Shown: positions 14,445 to 28,815 of the stretch, one piece after another | Numbering within the stretch: position 1 is the stretch's first letter | Layout: each line of letters begins with the position of its first letter | NCBI RefSeq assembly: GCF_964355755.1 | Contig: NC_092675.1 | Coordinates: 25,640,912-25,704,911 of the forward strand | Reading direction: 5' to 3' | DNA length: 64,000 nt | Origin: Antedon mediterranea | Lineage: Eukaryota > Animalia > Echinodermata | Made by a program: the position numbers and the translations under genes | The notes under the pieces: model-generated | Told to the model about the DNA's origin: nothing | Seen by the model: only the letters and a program-made list of their open reading frames with translations | Database searches by the model: none

Positions 14445-16386
14445 TAATACGACGTACTTGTTGTCTAAGAATCATACTCTAATGCACTGTTAACAATATT
14501 AAAATAAAGACATTTAAACTATATAATGGATTGAAACAACATCTTAACATGAAAGCATGACGTCCATTTATATTTTCTTAGCTCTCTTATTAATCCTATT
14601 GAATAACTGAAACTATTGTTTTGAAGTTACAGCTTAGATTCAATTAATTGAAAGAAGAATATAGCTTCAACTTCGTTGAAGTTAGGTCGATAGTTATAGA
14701 TCTAAAGTTGCACTCCTAGTCAAATTATCATTCCATACAGGAGTTCTAGTAGCACCAATGGGCAAACGCTATAGAAAAAACCTCTGAAAAAAGTATTTGT
14801 AGGCCTTACTTAGGCATAACTGTTACTATCAAAATACGATGTATGTAAACGTCCTATTAAAATCGTTTTACAGGAAATTCTGAACAAAATGGGCCTAGAA
14901 GTGGTTCCTGGTGATAAAATCTAAAACCATAAAAGCTTGGCAATAAAGGGAATGAAACGGATGGTATAGAATGATAACAAGTTATTAAAGACTGAAAAGG
15001 AAATTTAAAAAAAATTACCACCTGAAAAATGTTTTTTTTTCTATAACTATAGCATAAACCGTAGTAGCATTGATAATGATATATAATAATTAATATTATT
15101 ATTTTAAGCATGATAACGTTTACATAACATATTGCCTAATTTTGAGTTTTTTATGTAACTCCATGTTTTATAGAAACATGTTTAGGCTATAAGAATGTAT
15201 CTTCCAAGAAACATAAGAAATATATTAGATAAGAACAATCTTTATTTTGATGACCACAAGGCGAATTTGTTTTCCTTGAAGCTTAATTACACACACTATA
15301 GACCTACAGTAATTAAAATTAATACAATATAATAATAAAGATTAAAATTAGAAAAAAAACATGATGGATAAAAAAACATTGAGTTGTTTTGAGTTGAGGA
15401 CAAATGAATTCCTACATCGAGTGCTTGCTATTAAGATTGTGTCAACCACATCCCGGTGAACAATCTATTTACCCGAGGAATCAAGAGATCACCAACAATC
15501 CCAATAAGTATTCTTAGAAAACAGATTTGCAGATGATTCGTTTTATTAATATGATATCTTTTACACATTGTGTAGAATGATATCATTGTTTTGGTAATAC
15601 ACTTTCTGTACCCACAGAAAAAAATTACACATATTGTAGTAATGAAAACGTAATCTGTATATAGGCTAGGCTACAAATTCCCATACTGTAGTTTTTCTAA
15701 ATGGTACTATAATTTGAAAACATTTCGGTAATTTTGTCATAAATACATTCATATCATTTCCGTCATAGAGATGATTGATTATGATAAAGATGGGAGGTAG
15801 CAGGGGCAGAAAAAATTGGGAATTATGGGCGGCAATAGTGGGTTCTACATTTTTGATACCACAAGTCTAGATACTAGTTTATTTTAATAATATATAACAT
15901 ATCGGACCGAACGTTAAATCAACAAAAATACAGTCGCGATATGAACGGAACGAAGTACAGGTATAGGCTACTAGAATTATACGCATGCGCAGATTAATAT
16001 TTTGTATAAATTACCGTTCCTTTACGTCTACCTTCCCCTTTCGTCTACTAACTATTGACTTTGACCAGCACGGTAACCACTGAGAATGCAGATGTGTACA
16101 ACGACGCGGCAAGAAGCTTGCAAAGGAAGACACCGATTTCAGTTTCTTTAAAATAATGATAGCATTATTTCTATTGAGATGAATTCGATGATCATAATGC
16201 AGCATGGGAATCTTGATAAATGTTTGGAATATAAATAACACTCAAATACTATACTATTTTTACAAAAATTATATTTACTGAATGTGTAACAAAATTGATC
16301 GTATTTGATACAACATTTCTTTAGAATTCCTTCTAATTTTCCATTTATAGATTGTTCCTAAATTTTACAATTCACCATTTCCTTAA

Positions 16387-19368
16387 AGGGGGTTTCCGGG
16401 TTTAAAATGAATAGTAAAAAATGTAAAATATATTTGTTTGTCTCTTGAACGGTAAAAGTTTCAATTTATATAAGCGCCCAGTGAAGCAGAACGAAGGCTG
16501 TGAAATCAGGCCAGATTACAAGTGCAGCTACGGCAAAATCACACTGTGGTTACAAAATAGGAAATTCGTGAAATGGTCCATCTTCCGACGACTCGTTATC
16601 AAAAACCATATCAATTACTTTTGTAAAATTATACTTATCTGATGTAATTTTAGTCGGTCTTCCCATTTATAAAGTCAATTTTTTATGAAAATTCATCAAA
16701 ACAGTGAAAAATTAGATATGTTTGCACTTTACGTTTGCCGATTTTCGCACCGACTTAGGGAAAAATCAAAATCAATGAAGCGTAACGTATACTGTACATT
16801 CCTGCTGAGGATCGAGCGAGACGAAAATACACGTGCTCTCTCTGCTGCCCATGCCTGGCATCGTCACGTGATAAGCAGATACAACAATACCAAACTGGTC
16901 GGGTCGAGTATACCCCGTCTATAATCACAACATGAACGATGTACAGTATTTGATTGAAGGTCGACTTGACCTACCGGATTGGTATAGATAATATAGCTCG
17001 AATGAGAGAGTTGGAATATTTGTGTAGTGCAGCCTATAGTAAAAGGCCTGGTAGTATCAATTCGCATAGGGTCTACTACACTAGCTAGCTCAATTTTTAA
17101 CTGGGCCGGATCGGCTAGGTCTCCTTCCTACTACCTGGTCTACTTGCTTGATGCATGAGTATCCGCTTTTTTGGAGAGTAAACTAAGCCTATTTTATTTT
17201 AGGCCTACTTAGACGATCGGGACACCATACGTGTGGACGGCGATCGGACCTTGTTTTGCTTCAATATTTACAGCCGATTTTGTAGAACGTTTTAGGTTTA
17301 GATTGTTTAGGAGTTTGGTTGATAGGATGGGTTTTGTTATTTATGGGCCAATCGTCTAGTAGTAGGCTAGCTAGGCCCATGGGCCCCATTGTTTTAACGT
17401 AGCCATCGTGGCATGGAATCCCTAGTCAGAATGGCTCTCGCCCATATTATTATTAGGCTAGGCCTAGAGTAGTATTGTACGTGAAGCCGATAATACGATC
17501 TGTACTATAGAGTATAAAAATAGTATAATTTATGACTCCGTATCTGTACTAAATTTTGTATTTCATTAAATGTCAAATAAATATATGCTACTACTGTTAT
17601 TATTACACTTTAGGCCTAGCTTAGAAAATCTACAAAAAATGTATTTCACAATGATCGGGTGGTCGTCGTTTGACAGGGGAGAGAGATGTAAATTAAGGCT
17701 GGTTTCCTGTCGACGTAAGAACATCACTTTTGTTGCGACTACGTCGATTGAAATGCGGATTTTACAGGAAACCGATTACGATCGAAAATTTATAAAATCG
17801 ACGTAACGTAAGAAAAATGGTAACGACAAACGATTTTACAGGAAACCGATGACCTAACAATTGTTGCGTTACGACGTTTTCTTCCGATTTTACAGGAAAC
17901 CGGGATTTTTTATCTTACGCTTGAATGAACGCCCTTGCGTCACGTTTCTTACGTCTCTTACGAAAGTTGACTTGAAGTCAACTTTCGCAAGAGACGTAAG
18001 CGCAATCGTAACAAGCAACCAATGAGCGACAAGAGTTATGACGTAATTTGTATGACCTTACAGTGAAATATAGCCGGACAATAACATTTGTATGTATTTA
18101 CCGTACTACTACAATTTTAGCCCACTTTACGATGTTGTACAATGTACATACTTTACAAATGCACAGTAGTTTCAATATAATATTGTTCTAATCAGGGAGT
18201 TTACAACTCACATCAAAATATAATACTCTTATTTATGGACGTGCAATAAACAATCCGCATTGAAACATTCGACATTTTTCTGTTCTATTTGTCGGTAGAA
18301 ACGTCGCGAAAATGAACATTTGCAACAAGATAAGATATAGAAAGCCCTTGTAAGCAATATAATATTATTATGTAACTTAAAAAAAAAATGTTTGCTTGAT
18401 TTTGTATAATTTATATTGTTTTGTCAATATAAATTATATTTTGGTATGCCTGGGCCCATAGGTAGGTCTAATAATAATAGGAATCCCGAAATGATTTGCC
18501 GTTTTTTAATTTTGAAAACTATTTAAGGCTAGGCCTACTAAGGCCAGAATAATTAATTCATATTTTGGTTCATACAATAGTGCATAGGCCTAGCCTATTA
18601 GCCTGGCTCCTAGGCTAGTTTGATTATATTTTGGTCAAATCCATTCCTATTAGTACAGTATTAATTAAGTATTATCACTAATACTAGGGCCTAGCATATC
18701 TACTAAAAATAATATGTTGGTGTGCTGCACTGACACTGAGTAGCTACAGGTACAATAACAACATTCAACATTTCGCGCGAAAAATGATAAAACCCGCTCT
18801 AAAAAGAAACACCAATCATAGATGTTGTTTCAAATACGTCATAAATCCGACCGACGTAAGAAAAAAATTTCAACTTTCGTAACAACACTAAAATCGACGT
18901 AAGCATACGACGTGTGTTTCACAGCCAAAATTTCAACTTTCGGGAGCAGCATAACTACAGATGTTTCTCTGTGGCCCGACACGATCTTGACTAACGTCAA
19001 CGACGTCAATTTTTTCTCAACTTTCGTAAGAGACGTAAGAAACGTATGAAACGCAAGAATCGTTGCAAAATTCAACTTCTTACGTCGATAGGAAACCAGC
19101 CTTTAGTTGACAAACACAACGTACATGACGTCGCGAGTTTGGAATCCACTGGTGACGTGATCTTGTGAATATCTCATGAATATTAATGAGCTTCCCTAAG
19201 CTGCTGAAAAACAGACTTTCCATGAATTTACCCTAAAATGTATATGAAATTTAATTTTTTTAATTTCTCGTTAATACTTCTTCATTCTGACATGTCTATA
19301 TTGTTATAATATTTTTTATTTAATAAATAAACGATATTTAAAACCAATTTTAAACCCAGAATCCCCCT
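16387..19368. mobile_element. Non-autonomous Kolobok-like DNA transposon (TTAA TSD, AG...CT termini) about 200 bp upstream of the gene B start codon
   Basis: TIR AGGGGGTTTCCGGGTTTAAAA / TTTTAAACCCAGAATCCCCCT with TTAA on both sides. The paralogous empty site CCATTTCCTTAAATATTTTAAC is at about 60071-60092. Confidence 0.85.
17696..19102. mobile_element. Non-autonomous PIF/Harbinger element nested in the Kolobok-like element
   Basis: TIR AGGCTGGTTTCCT(G/A)TCGACGTAAGAA with TTA TSD at 17693-17695 and 19103-19105. Subterminal ACGTAAGA and TTTACAGGAAACCG repeats. Confidence 0.85.
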
Positions 19369-20863
19369 TTAAATATTTTAACAAATGCTAAAAAAGTATA
19401 AAGAATGGTAGAGTGTTGTGATTGTGTGTAGTAGTAATACTGGGATACAGAAGATTTTGAACCAATAATAGGTAAGTCTTTTGGTTGCTTTGAATACGCG
19501 TTTCCTGGTGAACCTTATACACATTTCACATATTAAATAAATGATGTCACATCTGATGGCCCATTATTACACAATGTTTCCGTCAGTGTACAGCTTCGTC
19601 TGTTTTATGGCTTTTCTGCATATATCGACATCAAAAATCATTCAGTCATGCTACAATACGTTCGAATTAGGTAAGTCAAGTTTATTTTCATACATCTTTA
19701 AAATCTAATATATAGGCTACTAAGTAGGCCTATAAACAATTTAGTAAAATACTGAAATTGGAATTTTGAGAAAAACCGTAAGCTTTTTTTAAACGTATTG
19801 TATTTTATTTTATTGTAAGACTAGATGATTTATCAATTTACGATCATGGGAAAATGTAGAGATACCAAAGAGAAATGCACGGTTGTACATTACAATTCTC
19901 ATTTAGAAAAGGTATGACTTTCTAGTCAAAACAATATAATAATAATACGATTTACCTCTGCAGCAGACATTCCAATTTTTAGTATACATCCGAATAGGTC
20001 GACTACACCAAAAACTATAACTGTAATCTTAATCAAGACTAAAACAAATAAGGAATTTGGGCTAAAATTATGAACCGAATTCACTACACACCCAGCGTTG
20101 TTTCTAAATTTGATTGTAGTTATCTGCCAATTGAAATGACAGCATGTCTTTATAAGTATGACATTGTACTGTTGAAGAATAATTATAGCTTTTAAAATGT
20201 TTGTCAAAAATTGTCTAGTGTCAGAGTTCAAAACAACTAGACAAAGTACAACACATGGAAATGGTCCTGCTTCGTATGCTGTTGACGGTGGAATAAATGG
20301 ACAGTACAGCAAACGTACATGTACGCACACTAGTAAGTGATAATGCGTTTTAATTAATTATCTATTTCTAGGATTGATGCATATTCTATAACAATACTTG
20401 TTAACGTAGTTTTACTAGCATCAAAAACATAAAACATTTCCAAATAGTTTTCTTATTCAAACGTTAAATAATTTAGTAGTTGTATTTGTTTTATAATGTA
20501 AACCTTGGCTAAATACTGTAAACATGACTGACATCCTATATATCCTATTCCGCCTGCATTATTGTTTTCCAATCCTTCTTAAGCAGAGATTATTTATGGT
20601 ATACAGTTGGAAATTATAGGGGCGATATATAAGCATGAACTTCGATCAAATATTCCATAATAAATCTCATGAATTACTTATGTTTCTGCCTTAACCTGAT
20701 AGGAGAAAAACATGACACTAACGGCCTCACCTGCAATAACATGTATTCAATGGGTTTAGCGTATGTTACAAACGATGAATTGGGTTTCCTATCCGAAACA
20801 TAGTTCAATCGAACGTTTAATGATCAATGAAAAATGATAACCGAAAGTGAAACATTAAGAACA

Positions 20864-21530
20864 AATAATAAATGATAATAAATGAAAACTTATATAGCGC
20901 CGGTATCCTCCACCCATGTGGCGCTCATGGCGCTTTGTGCATTAACAACGTGCGAGAACATCAGCGAATAGCGACGTCTTTAGGTTGGTCTTGAAACTGT
21001 TTAGACTAGTTGAGCATTTAACTGTTGCTGGTAAGCTGTTCCATACACTTGCGGCCGCAACGTAAAAAGATCTCTGACCCCACTGATTTTTCGCTCTACG
21101 ATCTTGAAGAAGGTTTTGTGACAATGATCGTAGGCCTCTGCGGGATGATTCGTAACGATCCACAAGGTCAGATAAATAAGCAGCGGAGCACTGTCATTTA
21201 GGATCTTGAATACAAACAACGCAAGTTTGTACTTAATACGTTGTTGAACAGGCAACCAATGCAAATCCATCAGGACAGGAGTTATGTGAGCGTTTGATTT
21301 TGTATAAGTTACAATTCTAGCTGCCATATTTTGCAAGCGCTGCAAACGTTGTATTTGAGATTTTGGTATGCCAAACAACAAGGCATTACCAATGTCAATT
21401 TTAGAAGTGACAAATGAGTGTACAATCAATTCAGCTGTTTTCTTGTTAAGATTACCGCGAATACGACCAAGGTTCCTAATCGATATGCATGCTGCTTTGG
21501 ATACAGTTGTTATTTGTGCTTCCAATATTG
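20864..21530 (-). mobile_element. 3' fragment of an L2-type LINE in gene B intron 2
   Basis: ORFs 21001-21525 and 20942-21163 (LQRLQNMAARIV, HITPVLMDLHWLPV, FYVAAASVWNSLP, FKTNLKT) and a GCGCTATATAA plus short-repeat tail. Absent at the gene E site near 61570-61595. Confidence 0.88.
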
Positions 21531-22631
21531 AACAATATTGAACAATACTTCATGTTATCATTCTATGGCAAGGTGAACGTTTCTGTATATTTTTTGTTAT
21601 GAATAGACAATTGATAGATTCTTAAACAGTATTTTTATTTTTTTTCCAATTGAAAGCCTTCATGAATAATCCATGGTGGTATGTTGATCTCGGAACGGAA
21701 AAAGTAATTTCAAAGATTGTTATATTTAACAGAGAAGATTGTTGTGGTAAGTAATAACAATATATTAAACTCAGTATCTATTTGCATGTACATTTAATTC
21801 TAGTCGTGACCGCGGTCGAAGGTGTTAAAGAGTCGCTATTTATCTCCATAGACTTACCATTAAAGTACAGTAGTCTAATTTAGGATGTATATTAAGCAGA
21901 ATACGACATTAAGTCTCCTTTTAATGTATATGAATTGTTAAACCATAGTCTAATCAACCTATATTATCGATGGGCAGTTAGTTATTATACTTTTAAACTA
22001 TTTTCGACTATGCTGACTCAGCCTGATTTTTTGGTATAAGTTCATTTCTCCAAAAATAAACTCCAGGTAACCTAAAATAAAAGTGTACGGTTTATTCTCG
22101 ACATCGCCTCGATAGAAACAATTAAACGCAGTTGGTTATCTGAACATAAGTTAACTTTTTCAAGCCTATATTATTATACCTTAATGTTTTTAACATTTTA
22201 TTTATGAATAATCTTCCATCAGATATTAAATAAGCATAAACGTGCTAATAAAGATTCATCTTGGTAATGTAAAAAAAAAAGAAAAAGAAGACACACTAAA
22301 AGAAAAGATAGCTGAAATTGAAAAATTCAAAGATGACTCAACAAGAATGTACCAAGCAGTAAAAAACCTAAAACTTAACGAAAATAAAAGACTTGTAGTA
22401 GAAACAGAGTTCGGTATAACAACAAACGAAGAAGAGCAGGTAGAAATAATTAGCAATTTCTTTGAAAACGTCTATCACAAATCACAAGAAAAACCTATAA
22501 ACGAAAACATTAAACCTATTGAAATGAAGTCTCCCTTTACAGGTGATGAAGTTGCCAAAGCAGCGAAATGCTTAAAAAATAATAAAAGCCCAGGAAGTGA
22601 CCAAGTATACTCTGAAATGGTAAAATATGCA

Positions 22632-25630
22632 ATAGGGTTGGTGAAATCTGTCCATAATAGGTTACTTTTCTGTCCATAATAGGGGACTTTCTGTCCATAA
22701 TAGGGACTAGAGGGCGCTGTTGTTTGTCCATAATAGGTAACTTTCATAATTGGCTGTCCAAAATAGGCGACTTTTTGTCCACAATAGGCGAGTTTATTGG
22801 AGTAGTGCGCCATTCATTGTGTTGTCCATAATAGGTGATTTTGTTGGCGTACTCGATCGTACGTACGTAGTTTATTTCGCGAGTAGAAGTAGTATTATTA
22901 GTTAATACTAATTTGCTTTCTCTTCAAACTTCGAGGCTACCTACTGTAGGCCTAGCTAGTAGGAGGCCTAATTAGTATAATTATTTAAGTCTCTCTAGCC
23001 GCTAGGGCCTAGGCTAGTCCTGTTTTAGAGTTAGGCTACCTCAGGCATAGATAGTACTACTACTAGCTTATAGGCCTAGCTGGAGTCCATTTGTTATTGT
23101 CCACTATTACTAATGAAATGTGAGCTTTTTTTTTCTAGGCCTACCTTACAGCAGGGGGTACCTCCCTGCTACAGTAGGAATAAAAATGACATGGGCTCAT
23201 ATTAGGTAGATAGGTTTCCTACTACAAACAACTAGGCCTATCCTCATTATCTGTTTTTTTATTATTTTAATATGAATATTTTACAGACTCATCTCGTAAC
23301 TATACTGCCTAACTGCAGGTCAGGTCTGGCGGACTAGTCACTATACAGTCTTTTACTAATACCACTGCCACCACCGCCCACTACTATACTTTAAAGACTG
23401 AAATCAGCTACTACTAGCCTAGTCTACTAGACCTATTGGTAGTTTGTCTTCAAATCACAGACATCTAGATTGCTAGATTGACCTTTTTGTTTTTTTAAAT
23501 TATTTTTTGAATGAATGAGTCTTATCCAGACAGTTCGGACAGTTAGTAGGTTGGCAGTATAGTAGAGCCAGAGCTATTGTTACTGTATGTTATTAATTAT
23601 GTCATCTATTTAAATCTCAATTTTTCCCATATTTTTTGCATGTATCAAAGATTGTGTACAGTGTATCTTCTGATCAATGTTATAGTACAGTAGCATGGAC
23701 ATTTCTATTAACTAGGGTAAGTAACAGATAGGCCCAACCTACAATTGAAGAAAAATACTTTACATACAACCCACTAGGCCTACATCTTTTAGGACATTTT
23801 TCAATATGACCAAGATACTGTAAAATCCCAAGAAGAAGCCTATTTAGAAAAAGTATTTGTTTGCAAAAGTAATCTTCGGAAAAGAAGGATACAATTTAGT
23901 CAAACATTTTCAGAGAGACAAACTGAATTTTATCAGTACCGTAGTAGAAAAACTGACAATACATGAAAATTAATTTTTAACATTCTGATTTGAAATATTC
24001 TATTCATTTGAATTGCTAAGAAATTAAAAGTAGATATTTTTTTTTTATTTCCATTCATTATAAACATTACAATCACAGTACAAAGAATAGATAAATCCAC
24101 TAACAAATTCATGCAGACAATATTTCAAAATTTAATTGAATGTTATATTATTAAAGCATTCATTCAATAAAGCATTTGTCTTTAAAACATTTAATATCAG
24201 TTTTCATATAGTGAGTATGGTAATAATTGACTCTAACAACTGGTATAAACTTAAATTTAGTAAAACAATCCTACATATCTTTTTTTTAAATGCAATAAAA
24301 TATTTAAACATAACTGTTTCCCACCATACAACATGAAAATTTGTCTCAGCATTACTAAGATTGAAGTTTCTTGCATTATACAATACCTTTTTTTTATTAT
24401 AGGCATACAGATGTTTGATATTCTGCTCATATACAGTATGCTGCTGAAATGAAAAAGTACATCACTTCAACATATTATTTTTGATCATAATCATCGATCA
24501 ATAATTATAGTAATAAACATAATCATTATGGTGCATTTTATTTATCCTTGCTATTTTTTAAATTGTAGTTTAACCATGTTTTTACACTTTTAAAAATAAT
24601 ATAATTCAGTATTTTTTAAATGTGATTTAGATTTTGAATAAACTGTTCTGAATACAGAACAAAGGTGTTGATTGTACACAGCGTGTATGTAAACTTGATT
24701 TGTCGTATTTCTTATTAGTATTAAACATTAAAATTGATTCATTTAATTAAACAATATAATAAATGGATGAGATGTGCTGCTGTTGATCCACTTTAGACTG
24801 GGATGGTTTGTCATTGAGCTATGTGGATCCAGAATTTTGAAATAGGGGAGGACCTAAAATGACGAAATGAAGTGCTGAACTGTGATGTCTTTTTCAATAT
24901 TAAATTGATTTTTATTATTACTGTTAACAAAACAAAATAAGTCCAAAGAAACAATACATTGAAACACCAATGCATTTATAAAAATAACAGTTTACATTTC
25001 ATTATCTTAAAAAAATAAAACTTTATCAATATTATTATTAATATTAGAGTATTATGGGGTATTTTTTATTTTTGTAAAAGAACGTGTGGGTTCGTTTGGT
25101 GATTTATTTAAACTTGCAATAGTATGGTAAGTTGCGTAATGTCTGTCCATACTATCAAACCTAAAATGAAGTTCAAATTAAATTATTTGTTGCTGAATAA
25201 ATTTCACATTTCATTATTATTAGTGGACAATAACAAATGGACTAGGCCTAGGCTAGTAGGCCTATATAGAGGTAGCCTAACTAACAGGACTAGCCTAGGC
25301 TAGAAAGACTTAAATATTTATACTAATTAGGCCTAGGTAGCCTCGAAGTCTGAACAGAAAGCAAATTAGTATTACTTCTACTCGCGAAATAAACTACGTA
25401 CGTACGAGTACGCCAAAAAAATCACCTATTATGGACAACACAATGGATGGCGCACTACTCCAATAAACTCGCCTATTGTGGACAAAAAGTCACCTATTTT
25501 GGACAGCCAATTATGAAAGTCACCTATTATGGACAAACAACAGCGCCCTCTAGTCCCTATTATGGACAGAAAGTAACCTATTATGGACAGAAAAGTAACC
25601 TATTATGGACAGATTTCACCAACCCCGCTC
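22632..25630. mobile_element. Foldback/MULE-like non-autonomous element with long TIRs
   Basis: About 400-480-bp inverted termini beginning GGGTTGGTGAAATCTGTCCATAATAGG, with internal TGTCCATAATAGG subrepeats. 10-bp TSD AAAATATGCA at 22622-22631 and 25631-25640. Confidence 0.88.
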
Positions 25631-25667
25631 AAAATATGCACCTATAGAAGTTTTTAACCACATAGCA

Positions 25668-27706
25668 CAGGCCCGTATGCAGCATTTATAATGAGGGGGT
25701 GCGAGCGAAGCGAGCAACAATGGCTGGGGGCCAGGGGGCCGCCAAGGGCCCCCGGTCAGGGTCCAGGGGCCGAAGGCCCTGGAAAAATTTGCGTTATTTG
25801 ACGTTCTAAAGACTGATGTAAGACTGTCTGTTGTGGCTTGGGCTAGTTGAACGATGGACACCAGAACTTAACGCTTTCATGATGAGGCCAACTCAGCAGG
25901 GGTGGCGCCAGGATCTTCCCGACGCGGGGGCTACATTCCCCGATGAGGGGGCTATGCGAGCGAAGCGAGCATCACTAGGCTGAGGGCCAGGGGCGCCAAG
26001 AGCCCCCGGTGGGGTCCAGGGGGGCAAAGCCCCCGGAAGCAACGCGTTCTAGCGTCATTTGAGGTCTTTTTAATCAGATTTAGGGTAGCCATTTTTTCCA
26101 TTTTTTATAATGCATAAATAAAATACTGCGTGCAAAAAAACGATGCGCGATGACTGTTTCAATCCATATTTTTCAATTTAAAAAATAAAAGTTCAAAGAA
26201 AATTTAGAAAAATAGAGTTGGAGGTCCCGGAAATTGGACTTATTATACTTCAAAACATGAAAAAAAATATATAAGTCCCTATCATGGGTTGTGACTGAGC
26301 TAAGAAATGTTTGAAAAATAGAGATGCTAGGTCTCGGAAAATGTACTTCTTGTTCTTCGAAATATGACCAGCTTTATTGTTGGGGCTGAGCTAAGAAAAT
26401 GTTTAAAACTAGAGCTGCAGGTCTTCAAAAAATTGCATTTTATACTTTGGTGGAAACATCAGGCCTAGAGGCTTAAAAAACGCAAGCGTAGACCTTTTTC
26501 AGTCGGGGAAAAAAGTTTATTCCTCCCAGGTGTATGCATGCGTACCATCTGGACTTCCGAGTGGTGAGAAATTCATGACATACAGGATATTGAAAATGTA
26601 ATAACTATAGCTATAATGTTGGCTAAGCGAAAATGGCATGTTTTTTTGTTTAGTAATAGATGAAAAATTTATTTTAGGTGCCCCACGGTACAGAAGGTTA
26701 CTTGTAAATTAAAAAATTGGTGAACAAACGAACAATTAACATAATTCGTTTTTGCTGTAGTGTAGCGTACGTCGACGCAGTACACGACGTAACCGTCGGT
26801 AAACTTCGCCTGGAAAATAACACATTACACATTTTGGTCCCTGGATGAAACTTGATATCACGCGTCTCGACCCAACGTTGAACGATTCGTACAAAGGGAT
26901 ACCGCCAGACAAGTGCGTACCTAGCTATTGTTTAGTAGTAAGTTAGATCGCTGGCAATAATGAATGCATATAAAGTGCATATTATCACTCTGACGTACTC
27001 TCACGGTCAATGAAACGTCGCGGTTTTCTAGGCGCTGAAGCTAGCTACGAAGTGAACGCGAACGCTTTTTACTGTATATTATATTCCCCGACAAAAAGTA
27101 CACGTGTTCCCTTCGGTAACCGTCGGTAAACTTCGCCTGGAAAATAACTACATTACACATTTTGGTCCCTGGATGAAACTTGATATCACGCGTCTCGACC
27201 CAACGTTGAACGATTCGTACAAAAGGATACCGCCAGACAAGTGCGTACCTAGCTAATGTTTATTAGTAAGTTAGATCGCTGGCAATAATGAATGCATAAA
27301 AGTGCATATTAGCCCTCTGACATACTCTCACGGTCAATGGAACATCGTGGTTTTCTAGGCGCTGAAGCTATATGAAGTGAACGCGAACGTTTTTACTGTA
27401 TATTATACCGCGTACCGCGTACATGAAGCGCTAAGCTATTGCTTGTCGTCACATGATCGACTGCGCATGTTTTACATCGAGTTTGTAGTCAGTTCAGATT
27501 CCGTAATTTAATTACCGGTATTTTTTCATTTTATATTAGCATATTTTTGTTTGTATACCATTGATAATGTAAATTTTGTATATATATAATGATATTGTCT
27601 TTAGTTAAACAAGACAAGAAAAAATACCAACCGAGGAAATAGTGGACCTTTTGGGACTTGGGGGGGTGCGTCTGCACCCAACGCACCCCCCCTGGATACG
27701 GGCCTG
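25668..27706. mobile_element. Non-autonomous DNA transposon with CAGG termini and 5-bp TSD (hAT5-like)
   Basis: TIR CAGGCCCGTAT(G/C)CAG with TSD TAGCA at 25663-25667 and 27707-27711. GC-rich subterminal region and an internal tandem duplication. Confidence 0.75.
26789..27406. repeat. About 327-bp tandem duplication inside the hAT5-like element
   Basis: GTAACCGTCGGTAAACTTCGCCTGGAAAATAAC... starts at both 26789 and 27116. Confidence 0.9.
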
Positions 27707-27856
27707 TAGCAAAAATATATACCAAACAGCTAAAACAGGAAACATACCTAAAGAAATCAACGAAGGCATATTGCATCCAATACCGAAACCAGGCAAGATA
27801 AAAGGTCCACCAAAAAACATCCGACCCATCATCCTACTGTCGGTTCTTAGGAAAAT

Positions 27857-28264
27857 CAAAGAACTTATAACACAAGAATCTCCTGTTCGTCCGAAGCGCG
27901 TAACAATTTCGAAAGGCATTGTGGGATAGAATAGAGCTATGGGTGGCGCCATTATGAGCCATGGAGTAGGGCGCCCGCATCAAATTAGAAAGTCAAAATC
28001 ATAGAGGGGTTCTGCTAATGCTCTAGGGGGTATAGAGTAATTGACTGAGGAGTAGGGCGCCCGCATCAAATTAGAAAGTCAAAATCATAGAGAGGATCTG
28101 CTAATACTCTAGGGGGTAGAGTAATTGACTTCCTAGTTTGGAGGGGGCGCTGCTCCATGCTGTGAAATGGCGTCGCCCAGTTTGACCTTTTAACCATTTA
28201 CTTCCGATACTGTGTTTTGAATGCAAATTGAAGAACAGGAGATTCTTGTGTTATAAGTTCTTTG
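27857..28264. mobile_element. P-element-like MITE
   Basis: 32-bp TIR CAAAGAACTTATAACACAAGAATCTCCTGTTC with 7-bp TSD GGAAAAT. Internal direct repeat of about 84 bp. Confidence 0.82.
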
Positions 28265-28361
28265 GGAAAATGCTAGCAATATGCTTACTAAATAGGATAA
28301 ACGACAGATTAGATGAACATGTCCCTGTAACACAGGCCGCGTATCGCAGAGGACAATGCAC

Positions 28362-28815
28362 CAAAGATTATATAGCGCCGCTACGCGGCGCAAGATAGGT
28401 AACTGTTGCCAAGCTCCTATCTTATAACACTACGCGCCCAGTAAATCCATGGACGCCATTCGGGCGGACAGGTTATTATTGTGATTTAAATGTAAATGGT
28501 TTAAATTTTGCGGTCCGCCTCGAAGTATCTGTTGTTAACCATCCTTATGATTGATTCATGGAAAAGGGAAGAAATTATGTAAACAAAGTAAAATAAAAGT
28601 TTCTTTGGGATCTGGACACTTTCCGATTAATTCTGTGTGTTTACATTTATATGTTTGGTTAGACAACTTCATTCTTTAACCGAAACATTGTGGATATTGC
28701 CTTGACGACGACTTTATTCCGGTTCAAACTTGTCCGCCGGAATGGCGTCCATGGATTACAAAGGTCTCACCCAGTTACCTATCTTGCGCCGCGTAGCGGC
28801 GCTATACAATCTTTG
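28362..28815. mobile_element. Second P-element-like MITE
   Basis: About 44-bp TIR CAAAGATT(A/G)TATAGC(G)CCGCTACGCGGCGCAAGATAGGTAACTG with a degenerate 7-bp TSD (AATGCAC/GAAGCAC). Confidence 0.75.

Noticed and set aside
22475-25647. Twin ORFs MAHYSNKLAYCGQK... on opposite strands
   Set aside because: They come from the two long TIRs and their subrepeats and are not coding.
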